A stretch of DNA of 64,000 nucleotides from a virus (lineage: Duplodnaviria; Caudoviricetes): the IMG/VR virus record IMGVR_UViG_3300033518_000398, positions 14,764 through 78,763 of that record; one strand, 5' to 3'. The notes under the pieces are model-generated. The model had not been told where the DNA came from, searched no databases, and saw only the letters and a program-made list of their open reading frames with translations. The position numbers were made by a program, and so were the translations under genes. The first letter of the stretch is position 1. The number at the start of each line of letters is the position of its first letter. This document shows positions 11,111 to 21,563 of this stretch, piece by piece.

Positions 11111-12325
11111 AAGTATTATATTTTTAGATAAATACTCGCAAGAATTATTTTGTTCTTCGAACCTCGCATATAAATCAGAAATTTTAATGGTTTCGATAAT
11201 TCCACTATTTTTATTTCTAACGGTAATCATCGAATTTTTTCCAACACAAAGTAATTCCTGTGCAATTTTACGCATGTCACCGTTTGCATCCTTAACTTGG
11301 TCTTCAAACCAAGGACTACTGGCTTCCCAACCATCATCCATCATTTGAATTCTGGTTTCATTGCTCCAATTTTGGTCAACTAACCTTTTTTCATTTTCCT
11401 TACCCTTATTTTTTAACCAAGATAATTCTTTGTTATATCTTGGGTCGTTATACCACCAAAGCTCAACCGCTTTGAAATTATTTTCTTCTCTACGTGCACC
11501 ATCAAATGTTTTATAGAATACTGCATCGAGACCAGAAGGTGTTGATACCATGATTGCTGCACCACCTGTTTGAAGTGTTGGTTTAGCTGATGTCCAAAAT
11601 TTATCACCCTTTTCTGTCCATGCGGTTTCATCCCAGAAAAGTAATGTGGGTGTATAACCACGAAGACCTCTTGAAGAAAACGCACCTAATGATGAACCAT
11701 TATCATAGCGTTTTAGTTTTTGAGTGTCCTTGAATTTATCATCAGATTCTTTACCAGTTTTTGGTCTAAGCCATTCAGGACAACCTTCAATGAACATAAC
11801 CACATCATTCATTAATTCATCACGTGCGGTTTCGAGTTTATCTGCAACAATAGCAACGCTTCTGTTTTGATTAAACATTACATACCACGCAATATATGCA
11901 CAAGTTGTTGTCGAAACACCCGCCTGACGATATTTATTAGCTACAACAAATCTGTTGTTTACATAAGTATCAACTAATGTTTTTTGAAAATCAAATAATT
12001 TAAAATTAACAATTTGACCAGCTTTACCCCGTGTCTGGTCAAATATTGTTAAATAAGTTTCTATAAAATAAATTGGATTTGTGGCACAACGAACAAATTC
12101 GTATTCTTGTTCTAAAATCGTTAATTCACTGGCTTTCTTTGCGATTCCGTCTCTTGTAACGATAACTAGTTCAATTTTTCCAGATTTTTTTCGAAGTTCT
12201 TCAGCTAATTTTTTAACTGCTTTTTTTTCCTTTTCTCTTTGAATATCGTATGGTAGTACGGGTATGTGGTCGGGAAATTGCGATTCGTCATCTGGAATAA
12301 TATCTTGATTTTTCTTCACACTCAT
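9947..12325 (-). CDS. terL: Large terminase N-terminal (ATPase) half fused to N-intein and homing endonuclease
   Basis: Walker A KYRQAGVST, Walker B LFWDE; ...QELL/CVGKNSMIT intein start at aa 360. Confidence 0.9.
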   Translation of the reverse strand: MSVKKNQDIIPDDESQFPDHIPVLPYDIQREKEKKAVKKLAEELRKKSGKIELVIVTRDGIAKKASELTILEQEYEFVRCATNPIYFIETYLTIFDQTRGKAGQIVNFKLFDFQKTLVDTYVNNRFVVANKYRQAGVSTTTCAYIAWYVMFNQNRSVAIVADKLETARDELMNDVVMFIEGCPEWLRPKTGKESDDKFKDTQKLKRYDNGSSLGAFSSRGLRGYTPTLLFWDETAWTEKGDKFWTSAKPTLQTGGAAIMVSTPSGLDAVFYKTFDGARREENNFKAVELWWYNDPRYNKELSWLKNKGKENEKRLVDQNWSNETRIQMMDDGWEASSPWFEDQVKDANGDMRKIAQELLCVGKNSMITVRNKNSGIIETIKISDLYARFEEQNNSCEYLSKNIILMDKTILIKLLKSIENLNQYFIKGGTSKFNKDYPNLLNLINAYTYDIQKYSSNKILEAKIKFLIKYNGDINLITENNQILIFDKKSKIFKIANINSAQKQWNACNKELNEIKNLYDEELTREILKNDYKKYYGKSGNRRLLKDDKKLYLSLYSHTQEFNSLNKNLNKFSYRLFFFVNKINIYCETHKNLKFWKMRNNEIIVLCSKCNPRYPSKEWFQKEYGSEWETHVDKRKEKLSEIKTNSRKWYIEKYGISVGVKNYENSVERKMNILSKLKANKFSVISQDLFWSIYELLERKEDIYFHDLNQEFVLRIPPEYNYDNTVMMFDFKQGNNIIEYNGNYWHSFENDEKRYKILREMGYNLKIVTSTEYNRNKKDLKIINDCIKFLTC
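11111..11248 (-). mobile_element. Short N-fragment of split intein
   Basis: CVGKNSMITVRNKNSGIIETIKISDLYARF; Cys1 codon 11246-11248; block A only. Confidence 0.8.
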
Positions 12326-12431
12326 TTATAAATATTTATAATAAATACTTATGTGATATAAAACAGCAAAGTACACTACATATCTAGACGTAGTGTACTT
12401 CGATTTCCTTCTCCCAAGTGGTGAGATGAAC

Positions 12432-12914
12432 TTAAAATTTTATTGAAGATGTTTCAACAAACTCATTGTTTTTTAATATGATTTTTCTACCATCAAATAA
12501 ATTTTTTATTTGTGCGAGTGTCATGCCGTAATGAAAAACCAATAATGGAACATCTTCATTATTTTTTTCAAACATCTTTTCATAATCACCGAAACCCTCA
12601 CCATTAACTTCTCTTTCTATTTCATATGCCAATGCGTGAATAGTATGATAGCCATGCATATATTCTCTATCAACTGCTTCGTGTAGACAAAACAAATCGA
12701 AAGAACTTGTTTTAAGACTAACTATCTTATTGATATATTCTTCTGTTGGTGGTACTGCATTATCACAAGCAGGTGAAATATCCCAAAGCCAACTCTCAAT
12801 ATCAATATTTTCAGGGTCTAATGAAAATATGAACTCATATAATCCCTCATCTTTGGAATTGTATCCAATTTTTAAAACAAAAATCAGCTTTAGTTTGTTA
12901 TCATCGTATTCCAT
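12432..12914 (-). CDS. Hypothetical protein
   Basis: 160 aa ORF; AGTATTTAT motif upstream. Confidence 0.75.
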   Translation of the reverse strand: MEYDDNKLKLIFVLKIGYNSKDEGLYEFIFSLDPENIDIESWLWDISPACDNAVPPTEEYINKIVSLKTSSFDLFCLHEAVDREYMHGYHTIHALAYEIEREVNGEGFGDYEKMFEKNNEDVPLLVFHYGMTLAQIKNLFDGRKIILKNNEFVETSSIKF

Positions 12915-12966
12915 AATGTAATTTTCTTATAAATACTGATGCATATGAAAAGCCATGTGACTTGAT

Positions 12967-13383
12967 TTAGTTTTTACTTAATTGAAATCCAGTTTGTTTT
13001 TGAATTTCACTTAACGTAATACTCAAACCAATATCATAATTTATTGAATGACGATTTATTATGAAACTCAAAATACGACCCATGATTTGTAGTATAATGC
13101 CAATACCAATTAATATGAAAAATAGAAACATATTTTTATGTGACAATATGCTGAGAATCAAAAAGAAATAACTTAATTCCAACATCAATGTTTTCCATGA
13201 AAGTAGTACATGAAGTTTATCGTTAAAATATTCTGTAAATATTCTTCTATATTCTAACCAGTCGCATTCTGAATTATCTTCTTTTGTGCCTTGCACATTT
13301 AAAAAGATTTCAAATTCCTTTTCTTTCGTACCACCAATATAGGTTCTACGATATTTCTTTCCTTCAAAATTTCTAATTATCAT
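12967..13383 (-). CDS. Hypothetical membrane protein
   Basis: Two hydrophobic segments. Confidence 0.65.
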   Translation of the reverse strand: MIIRNFEGKKYRRTYIGGTKEKEFEIFLNVQGTKEDNSECDWLEYRRIFTEYFNDKLHVLLSWKTLMLELSYFFLILSILSHKNMFLFFILIGIGIILQIMGRILSFIINRHSINYDIGLSITLSEIQKQTGFQLSKN

Positions 13384-13433
13384 AACATATATTTTTGCAA
13401 TTATACGAAAAATTTAGAATATATGTTACAAAA

Positions 13434-13458
13434 AAACCCGAATTTCTTCGGGTTTTAA
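13434..13458. terminator. Intrinsic terminator
   Basis: AAAAAACCCGAA-TTTC-TTCGGGTTTT. Confidence 0.75.
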
Positions 13459-13462
13459 TTTT

Positions 13463-15859
13463 TTATTTACCAACAGTTCCACCAAATTGTGTTTTACCTT
13501 GAGTTCCACCACCAGCAAAAGGACTTTTTATTGCATTATTTTTTATTGATTTAGGTGCGAATTGAATTCCATTTTTACCCACTCTCAATGTACCACCACC
13601 TTCTTCAACAAATTGTTTCAGCATTTCATATCTTTGTTGAATATTTGTTTCTTTTGCTGCATTAGCGATTGCACCCATTTGTGGGTTAATTAATATGTCT
13701 CGAAATGCTTTATAAAATAAACGATTTACTTCTTTTGGATTATTTGGGTCAAGTTTTGCAAACTTTTCCTTCATACTCCAGCCAAAAATTTCGTTTACTT
13801 TTTCTTCATTAATTATTTTTTTTACTGCAACTGACTCATATAATTTTAATTGTTTGTCAATTGCTGAGTCAAGTTTTTTAATCGCTTCTGATTTTTTACC
13901 TTCAGCTAATATTGGTTTTCCTATACCAACCTTTTCTTCAAGACGTGCACGAATATATTTTCTAAGTTTCTGTTCGCTTTCACTCATTGTGACATTAACA
14001 CTACCTTTAGTTACTTCAACAGTTGTGGTTGCAGCACCATCAGGTTTAGTTACTCCACCACCCAATGATTGAGCAGCAGGTGCAAAACTAATTTCTTCTG
14101 CGCCACTTTCTGTATCGTCACCAACTTCAACTTCTTCATCTTCTTCGGTTAATGGTGCTTCTACTTCAGTTTCATCACTTTCTGGTTCAATTGGAGGTTG
14201 TGTTTCAAGACTTGCTGGGTCGATTGGTGCATTTGTTGCATTTACTCCACCGAAAAGTTCATTAAGTTTAGCAATATTGTCTTCATCACTACTTTCATTC
14301 ATACCAGTAACAATCGGACTAAGCTTTTCAGCATATTCTTCATGTCCATAATCACCTTTTAATTGATTTAGAATTTCTGGATTAACTACTTTAATAACTA
14401 AAGCAACGTTTTCCATATCACCATCGTTCATACCATCATTATGTGCATTTGCATATCCACTAACTAAACTACTAACTTCTTCTTCACCACATTCCATAAG
14501 TGCTTCTGCACTATTATAACCACGTGATTCAGCAAATTGTGCAAAACCGCCACATTCAGCACACTGACTTTCACCAATTGCCGTTTCTTCACCACCTTTT
14601 GGTTTACCTGTGAAAAAATATACATCATCAATAGAGAAATGGTCTGGAAATGCTTTAGCAAGTTTCATTTTATTACTAGCATCTGCTTTCAAAAACAATT
14701 GAACTAAGCCAGTAGTAAACGAACCTTCACCTTGACGTTCACCATCATACCACTGCATAAACAATGACTTTCTACCACCTTCAACACCTTCGGCAGCCAT
14801 CTGCATATCAGATTTATTGGTATCCATTTTAATTGTTTTGGGTTCAATACCTGCAGCAGTTTCACTATCTTCAACGCTTTGTCCCAAATCTGCAATATCT
14901 TCGGGTGAAACAATTTTCGTGATTTTTTCTGCAATTTCTTTTCTATCTTCAATATCAAGTTCAGGAAGTTTATCCTTAAACGCTTGAATGAATGATTTAA
15001 GATATGATTCAGTTTGTGATGGTTCTAATTCAGTTTTTCTAATAGTATTTGTTATTTTACCAATTTGTTTTTCAAGTTCTCTTGTTGTTTCTGTTGCAGG
15101 GTCTTCAACCGCAACTTCTTCACCATCTTCTTCGGGCATTTCTTCTTCACCCTCTGGTGCTTCTTCACCATCTTCTTCATCACCTAATGATGCTTCTAAA
15201 TCAGCAGCAGCGTCATCTCCACCTTCTGGTGATTCTTCACCATCTTCTTCACCGCCTAATGATGCTTCTAAATCAGCAGCAGCGTCATCTCCACCTTCTG
15301 GTGCTGGTTCTTCTGCTGGCATTTCTTCACCACCTTCTGGTGCAGCATCTACTGGTTCTGATTCAAGACCAGCTTTCATTTCTTCACCACTTGGTTCTTG
15401 TGATGGCATTTCTTTAGCTGCAGTAGCAGCATCTAAATCACCTAACATGCTTTCAGCACTACCAATTTCTTGAGCAGCCTTATCTTCATTTAAGTTTATT
15501 TTTTTCTTACTACCATTTGGATTTACTTTTGTTACAACCGCTTCATTAATGGTTTTTAACAACATATTTCTGTTTTTATCTGCTTCAGCCAATTTACTGA
15601 ATTGATAATCAGTTATATTACCCAATCCACCAATATATGCGAAATCAGATGAATCTGGGTCAGATTTAAGACCACCTTTTTTAATGTAATAGTGGTGGTT
15701 TTCTTTAATGATACCATAAGCAACACCATCTGCTGCTCTCTTATAGTCAATTAAAGTACCCAATGTACGATTTTTTGATTCCTTAATAGAAACTTTATCA
15801 ACTTGTGCTAAGTTTTTTAGTCTTTGGAAATAAGCTTCTTGTGATGTATGTTTTGCCAT
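13463..15859 (-). CDS. Very acidic putative prohead core/scaffold or internal head protein
   Basis: 798 aa, Glu/Asp-rich, many (L/I)xE motifs typical of gp21-type protease substrates; late motif at about 15901. Confidence 0.7.
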   Translation of the reverse strand: MAKHTSQEAYFQRLKNLAQVDKVSIKESKNRTLGTLIDYKRAADGVAYGIIKENHHYYIKKGGLKSDPDSSDFAYIGGLGNITDYQFSKLAEADKNRNMLLKTINEAVVTKVNPNGSKKKINLNEDKAAQEIGSAESMLGDLDAATAAKEMPSQEPSGEEMKAGLESEPVDAAPEGGEEMPAEEPAPEGGDDAAADLEASLGGEEDGEESPEGGDDAAADLEASLGDEEDGEEAPEGEEEMPEEDGEEVAVEDPATETTRELEKQIGKITNTIRKTELEPSQTESYLKSFIQAFKDKLPELDIEDRKEIAEKITKIVSPEDIADLGQSVEDSETAAGIEPKTIKMDTNKSDMQMAAEGVEGGRKSLFMQWYDGERQGEGSFTTGLVQLFLKADASNKMKLAKAFPDHFSIDDVYFFTGKPKGGEETAIGESQCAECGGFAQFAESRGYNSAEALMECGEEEVSSLVSGYANAHNDGMNDGDMENVALVIKVVNPEILNQLKGDYGHEEYAEKLSPIVTGMNESSDEDNIAKLNELFGGVNATNAPIDPASLETQPPIEPESDETEVEAPLTEEDEEVEVGDDTESGAEEISFAPAAQSLGGGVTKPDGAATTTVEVTKGSVNVTMSESEQKLRKYIRARLEEKVGIGKPILAEGKKSEAIKKLDSAIDKQLKLYESVAVKKIINEEKVNEIFGWSMKEKFAKLDPNNPKEVNRLFYKAFRDILINPQMGAIANAAKETNIQQRYEMLKQFVEEGGGTLRVGKNGIQFAPKSIKNNAIKSPFAGGGTQGKTQFGGTVGK
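15183..15303 (-). repeat. 72-nt-period direct repeat (PEGGDDAAADLEASLG x2)
   Basis: cctaatgatgcttctaaatcagcagcagcgtcatctccaccttctggtg at 15183 and 15255. Confidence 0.85.
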
Positions 15860-15935
15860 TTGAATGTATTTTAGTTCTTTATTATTTTATTATGCTTGTT
15901 TATAAATACTTTATTATGAACAAAAAGTAATGTCA

Positions 15936-16184
15936 CTACAATATTTCATAATTTTCATTAATTATTTTATTGCTGACAAGCATTTCATAAACCCTTGGTG
16001 TTATTAAATTTTTTCTTTTTAGGTCATCGATAACCGATTGATTTGCTTTTTTATTTGAAACATTTTCAGTTAAAAACTTTGTATTAGCGTGCAAACGTTC
16101 AACAATGTCATAGAAAGCCTTATCGGATTTTTTTCTCTCGACATATTCATTTAATTGTTCTTTTTTAACTATAAATGTTTTCAT
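15936..16184 (-). CDS. Hypothetical protein
   Basis: 82 aa, in the late operon. Confidence 0.7.
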   Translation of the reverse strand: MKTFIVKKEQLNEYVERKKSDKAFYDIVERLHANTKFLTENVSNKKANQSVIDDLKRKNLITPRVYEMLVSNKIINENYEIL

Positions 16185-16185
16185 A

Positions 16186-16998
16186 TTACATTAAAAATTC
16201 GTTTAGACTTAATTCTTGAGTAAGATAATCGTTTTTCATACTAACCATTTTTTCGAGATACCCAGTGTTTCTTAAAACTTTAAATACAAGATTTTCCACA
16301 GAATATTCACCACTTTTATCAAGACCACTTTGTCTATATTTTTTTATTTTATTTTTCAATACATCGTGTTTCTTTAAAAAATCTTCCTTACTTCTATTTG
16401 TTTCTAAGTCATCAATTGCATTCATGATGTCAGAAGATTTTAATTGTACATCTGCTGTATCAATATTTATAATTTTTTTTGTTGGTTTTCTTATCCAATC
16501 ATTTTTAATTAAAGAATATGTTCCAGAGGAATGATGTGGTTCGGCACTATCTTGAAAATACATTTCAACATCATGACCTTTAATCTGAATTGGAAGTTTT
16601 TCTGCCCATAATTGTTTTTTCATTTTAAAGAAATCGCCAACAAATTCCTTATTTTCTGAAATCTGATTGAAATCAAGAACAACATGAATATCTAAGTCAG
16701 AATTTTCGTTGTAATTATAGTTTGCCATGCTACCAGTAAGTATTATATCATTAAACTTAAGGTTTTCTGCATCACAAAATTCAATGAACCTCTTAGCATT
16801 CATTAATAAAGATTTTCTGACTTCGTTTTTTAATTTTTCGTCAGATTCCCAAATAAGTGGACTTAACGTATCGTGAGTTTGAATACTTGATACATCAACA
16901 TTATCAGGTTCAACAACTTCTTTCAGTGTATCTGAAATATTATGTCTTCTCCAATATCTGTTCGACCATGAACGTGGGTTTTTCTTATTTTCTTCCAT
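16186..16998 (-). CDS. Pol-beta-like nucleotidyltransferase
   Basis: LTGSMANY...SDLDIHV (GS...DxD) motif. Confidence 0.8.
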   Translation of the reverse strand: MEENKKNPRSWSNRYWRRHNISDTLKEVVEPDNVDVSSIQTHDTLSPLIWESDEKLKNEVRKSLLMNAKRFIEFCDAENLKFNDIILTGSMANYNYNENSDLDIHVVLDFNQISENKEFVGDFFKMKKQLWAEKLPIQIKGHDVEMYFQDSAEPHHSSGTYSLIKNDWIRKPTKKIINIDTADVQLKSSDIMNAIDDLETNRSKEDFLKKHDVLKNKIKKYRQSGLDKSGEYSVENLVFKVLRNTGYLEKMVSMKNDYLTQELSLNEFLM

Positions 16999-17000
16999 GT

Positions 17001-17543
17001 TTATCTTCTAAAATTCTGATATATGTTGTCATTTTCCATGTCAACGGGTTGTCCTTTTGGTGTGGAAACTGGAACAACTCGACCCATATCATATCCAAAC
17101 CAACGATTAGCTAAACCGTTCAACCAGTCTTTAGCTTCTTGTTCTGTATTATATTCCATTGCATTAGTTGACCACACATTTTCACCCTTACCAGTTACTT
17201 CTGCACGATATTTTTCACCCAATTCTTCTTCAATCCCTTGCTTTAGTCTTGGCGCAAATGTTTTATGTGCTGGTGGAAGACTCATTGGTTCAGTATCAAT
17301 CATGCTTTCATTAATTACTTTGCCACCATGTTCAATCCATGCAGTAAAACCTTCACCATATGATAGTTGTGCTTCGTTTTTTAAGACCTTTGCTTGATAT
17401 GGGTCTTGGGCAGTTTCTATAAGACGTGCAGACATTCCTTCATAAGAACCCATGATTTTATATTCTTCATTTAAGACTGGTTTTACATGATTGATTTTTT
17501 CAACCATTTCAAATAGTCTGGCTTTTGATGATTTAAATTTCAT
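17001..17543 (-). CDS. LFE-leader family protein (putative internal head protein)
   Basis: N-terminus MKFKSSKARLFEMVEKINHVKPVLNE. Confidence 0.7.
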   Translation of the reverse strand: MKFKSSKARLFEMVEKINHVKPVLNEEYKIMGSYEGMSARLIETAQDPYQAKVLKNEAQLSYGEGFTAWIEHGGKVINESMIDTEPMSLPPAHKTFAPRLKQGIEEELGEKYRAEVTGKGENVWSTNAMEYNTEQEAKDWLNGLANRWFGYDMGRVVPVSTPKGQPVDMENDNIYQNFRR

Positions 17544-17566
17544 TTTTGGTACAGTATTATATGTAA

Positions 17567-18055
17567 TTATTTACCAACCTTCGCAATTGCAGCTACAGGG
17601 ATTTTTTTACCAGCATTACCAGCTTCGTCAAGTTCATCTTTATCTTCTTTAGATGTTTCAGAGTCTTCGTCTTTCTTGTCATCTTTTTTATCAAAATTGA
17701 ACTGAGTTTTGCTTTTAGGTTTTTCATCCTTTTTCTCACCTTTTTTCTTATCGAAATTCCATTCAGTAAGTTCTGCTGGTTCTTGTGCAGGTTCTCCTTC
17801 CAATTCTTCTTCTTCTGCTTCAGCACTTTCTTCTCCTTCTTCATCACCGTGAACCATAGCATATAGACTATCGATTTTTGCTGTTAATGCAGCAAGTTTT
17901 TCTTCTGGTGATTTTTCTTCTGGAATTTCTTCCATACCGCCCATAGCAGGTTCTTCTGTTGCTTCTACGTCAAAATCTTCATTTAATTTGGGTTTGAATG
18001 TTTTATCGAGTCTACCCATAACTTCGAACAACCTTTGTTTACTATTTTTTTTCAT
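17567..18055 (-). CDS. LFE-leader family acidic protein
   Basis: N-terminus MKKNSKQRLFEVMGRLDKTFKPKLNE. Confidence 0.7.
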   Translation of the reverse strand: MKKNSKQRLFEVMGRLDKTFKPKLNEDFDVEATEEPAMGGMEEIPEEKSPEEKLAALTAKIDSLYAMVHGDEEGEESAEAEEEELEGEPAQEPAELTEWNFDKKKGEKKDEKPKSKTQFNFDKKDDKKDEDSETSKEDKDELDEAGNAGKKIPVAAIAKVGK

Positions 18056-18082
18056 TTTCTTGATTTTTTATATAAATACTTA

Positions 18083-19420
18083 TTAATGTTGAGATAGGAA
18101 TATTTTTCTAACATCAGGTCTGCGTGCTTCAATATCACCATCGCCTGTTGGCATAACAACAACGTTCCAAAATACACCCTCTTTTTGTGGGGTTTTCATC
18201 ATTTCATCATACGTTAAAATTGATTCATGTTTCATTCTATATTCTGGATATGCATCTTCTGCAATTCTTCTTTTTAGTTCAGAGACACCCGCCCAACCAT
18301 CGATAAACATAACCTTTCCTTTCTCATCGAGTGCATATTCTTCACCAGTTTTACCACCCTTTTTGGATTTTTTAATTAATAGGTCATGAAAATATTTTTT
18401 CTGTAAAAAATTAGATGTTTTTGCAGTTTCCCACAACCCATTTTCTTTTAATATATTGACTTGAATAGGATGTGCATTGGATGAAAACACAACTGTGAAA
18501 TTTGGTGTTTGATTTATATATACATCTGCCATTTTTGTATACGCATAGGATTTTGCATTATATCCCCTTTCGATTAATCTATTCGTAACACGCATTGCAA
18601 TATCATAATATACTTTTGTAAAGAAATCACCAGAATCATTCCATCTCATATATAAAGTAATATCATTACCATGCATTTTACACAGCGTTTCAAGTTCATT
18701 GTATATTTTTTCTTCATATCGTTCTGGTTCATTTAATAACCAATTCAATATTTGTGTTGCACGCAAGTATGGATTAGGATATTTGATATAATTTCCATGT
18801 CTGGCATAACAAGGTTTGATGCAGCTACCTGCACCGGGACAGGTCGTAATATAAATAAACTTATTTTTTTCTTTATCGTAAACCAATCCTTTAAACGCAG
18901 GTATACCAGTATTGTATGTTACAGAATCTTTAGTTGAAGACTTTTCCATCTTACTATTTGCATCGACAATATTTTTAGGTTCTTGTGAAATTTCTTTTAT
19001 AAATCTTTCGACATCAAAATCACCAAGTGCCTGTACGATTTCCTCATATTCTTCCCCACTAAGATTTAATGAACCAAGGTCACGAAATTTCAAATCTTTC
19101 CATATACCCTCTTCCCCCTTTTTACTTCTTCGTTTTACTAATCTTGGGTCACCAGCTTTATGTATTGTAGATGCATGAATCCAAGGTTTAGAAATTGGAA
19201 CTTCTGGTCTCTTCCCTGCAGACATTTTTTGTCTTTTTGCAAGAAAATTAAGATATTCAGCGAATTCCGTTGGGTCAATACATGTATGCTTATTTTCTAA
19301 ATCATTATATAATGTTTGAAAATTTATTTCGTATAACATCTCGGAATCATCTTCAATCAATGATGTACCATTAATTTTGTTCATCATTTCGAATAATCGT
19401 TGTCTACTATCTTTAATCAT
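18083..19420 (-). CDS. LFE-leader protein with Gp88-like/radical-SAM-like domain
   Basis: TCPGAGSCIKPCYA (CxxxxxCxxxC), RWNDSGDF and YAYTK motifs. Confidence 0.7.
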   Translation of the reverse strand: MIKDSRQRLFEMMNKINGTSLIEDDSEMLYEINFQTLYNDLENKHTCIDPTEFAEYLNFLAKRQKMSAGKRPEVPISKPWIHASTIHKAGDPRLVKRRSKKGEEGIWKDLKFRDLGSLNLSGEEYEEIVQALGDFDVERFIKEISQEPKNIVDANSKMEKSSTKDSVTYNTGIPAFKGLVYDKEKNKFIYITTCPGAGSCIKPCYARHGNYIKYPNPYLRATQILNWLLNEPERYEEKIYNELETLCKMHGNDITLYMRWNDSGDFFTKVYYDIAMRVTNRLIERGYNAKSYAYTKMADVYINQTPNFTVVFSSNAHPIQVNILKENGLWETAKTSNFLQKKYFHDLLIKKSKKGGKTGEEYALDEKGKVMFIDGWAGVSELKRRIAEDAYPEYRMKHESILTYDEMMKTPQKEGVFWNVVVMPTGDGDIEARRPDVRKIFLSQH

Positions 19421-19508
19421 GATACTTATTCTTAAATTTTGTTATTTTACATAAATACAGAACTATTAATTAAAGTCTTTGAGTATTTATTATAAATTCC
19501 ACTATAAA

Positions 19509-21563
19509 ATGAATTTAGAATGTTTAAATGATATAATTACCGATAATTTAGCAATACACATCGATTTAACAGATATTAAATCGTGGGTAAACTGGAATAC
19601 TGGTCTCACTGCGTTTAGTTTAACTAAATGGAATGGAGCAATTTCTGATAATATTAACTTAATTGATTTTGGACTAACTGGTTTCGATAACGGTAGAACC
19701 AATATTATGTGGAGTGGTATCACAGTCACACCGAAAGATACGTTCTTCACGATGTATAGAGTGGGGTTTAATGAAGTGCATAACCCAACAACAGATGAAA
19801 CGAGTGGTGTTACTGCTACAACATTTTATTATCCAATAAGTGCAATTACATCGGGTGATACCGAAAATTATTATTTTGACCTTACTGGTGGTTATTTACA
19901 AGGATTTTTTAAACTTCAAAATTATAACTACGAATTATTTCCATCAAGATATAATAAAGGTATAACAATTGAAACTATTGTATATTTACATCCTGATTCG
20001 CATGGAATATTTTTCATGATGGGCGCACGTGCTGAAGATAAATACAATCCGTATTTTAGTGGTGAGACAATTACTGGTACGACAACTATTGGTGTAGTAA
20101 CAAGTGAAGATAATTATTTGGATGCTATTACTGAATCCGAGGAATTGAAAACCGCTTTTATTCAACCCGAAGAAATGATGAAAACAGTTTATTCTGAAAT
20201 TCCACAGGTTAATAATGTGCGAAACAACGTAATTGCCTTTGAACTAACTCAAGATAAGAGAATTGCATATAAATATATTAATAATGAGGGACTTATCATA
20301 ACAAATAGCTCGCCAGCAATTGTTACTGCAACAGGTTTTACGATGATTGATATCGCATTTACCCCAGACATTATATTTAATAGTCCAACACAATTAGAAT
20401 GTGCACCACAAAGAACAGGTAAGTTAATTTTTTATATTAACGGGCGTGCCATGTGGATTGTTAAAGACTTTCCTGAGTTTTATTTTCATGCATTTAATAA
20501 TGATAGAGAAAAAGAAATTGGTGTACCGTATTCAATTAGCTGGGGTGGTGGTAGTTTTGGATTAAAACATTCATGGCATTACGATTATCAAACATATGTA
20601 ATGTATGATGGTCAAGATACTGATTATATTACTTCGAAATTCTTCGTAGAACCAGACCCAATTCCTACTGAATGTTATATTGCACCAACTGGTGACACAT
20701 ATTTGGCTGGGTTGTCATTAAGTGCAGATAGTGTGACGTTTAAATATGTTGATGAATGTGACCCAGATGTTGAATATCCACTTACAGTAATGAGAATTCA
20801 ATATACTGGTGGAACTGGTAATACATATTTTATAAAATTCAATCAACCGATTTCAGTACTTTCAAACCGTGATTATAATGTTAACCTATTATTATATAAT
20901 GATGATTTCTTTTCTGGTGATAGTATAAATAAGGTATCTATATTAATGTATAGTGACGTTGTTGATATCAATGTCATCAAAGATATTGAATACATGCATC
21001 CAATAACCAGCGAATATATTGCAAGTCTACAAGATGATACATTACATCCTTGGGGTGATGGTCAAGAATATCAATATAGTCTTGATGGTAAATTATATTA
21101 TGGTGATAGTGGTTTGCCTGTTACATTGATAAATTCAATGATTGTTGGATATGGTATGACTAATTATGGTTACTATGATGGTGGAGAAAATCATAGTGAT
21201 TTAATGACTGGTGATAAAAATTGGTTACCTATGTATAGTACATTTAGAATACCTGATAATACTGGACAAAAGGAAATATTTATGGGACTTTTAATTCAAA
21301 CTGATGGTGAATTTAATATAAACGGTAACCTATATATTAATGGATTCACTTATACTGCAGCAGATATTTTGGTACAAGATGAAAGAAAAGATGATTTAAC
21401 TATTCAACAAAACTTTGATTCTGGTTTTATTGGTGGTATTCAGAAACTTAGAATATATGATAGAGCATTCACTTCTCCAGAAATATTACATAATGCATTA
21501 ATTGAAAGAGAAAAGAATCCAAATATTATTGTAAGTAAAGGTGGTAGAATAATTTATAGGTAA
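19509..21563 (+). CDS. Virion structural protein with LamG/ConA-like elements
   Basis: FIGGIQKLRIYDRAFTSPEILHN; beta-rich; GTATTTAT at 19483-19490 places the start at 19509. Confidence 0.7.
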   Translation: MNLECLNDIITDNLAIHIDLTDIKSWVNWNTGLTAFSLTKWNGAISDNINLIDFGLTGFDNGRTNIMWSGITVTPKDTFFTMYRVGFNEVHNPTTDETSGVTATTFYYPISAITSGDTENYYFDLTGGYLQGFFKLQNYNYELFPSRYNKGITIETIVYLHPDSHGIFFMMGARAEDKYNPYFSGETITGTTTIGVVTSEDNYLDAITESEELKTAFIQPEEMMKTVYSEIPQVNNVRNNVIAFELTQDKRIAYKYINNEGLIITNSSPAIVTATGFTMIDIAFTPDIIFNSPTQLECAPQRTGKLIFYINGRAMWIVKDFPEFYFHAFNNDREKEIGVPYSISWGGGSFGLKHSWHYDYQTYVMYDGQDTDYITSKFFVEPDPIPTECYIAPTGDTYLAGLSLSADSVTFKYVDECDPDVEYPLTVMRIQYTGGTGNTYFIKFNQPISVLSNRDYNVNLLLYNDDFFSGDSINKVSILMYSDVVDINVIKDIEYMHPITSEYIASLQDDTLHPWGDGQEYQYSLDGKLYYGDSGLPVTLINSMIVGYGMTNYGYYDGGENHSDLMTGDKNWLPMYSTFRIPDNTGQKEIFMGLLIQTDGEFNINGNLYINGFTYTAADILVQDERKDDLTIQQNFDSGFIGGIQKLRIYDRAFTSPEILHNALIEREKNPNIIVSKGGRIIYR

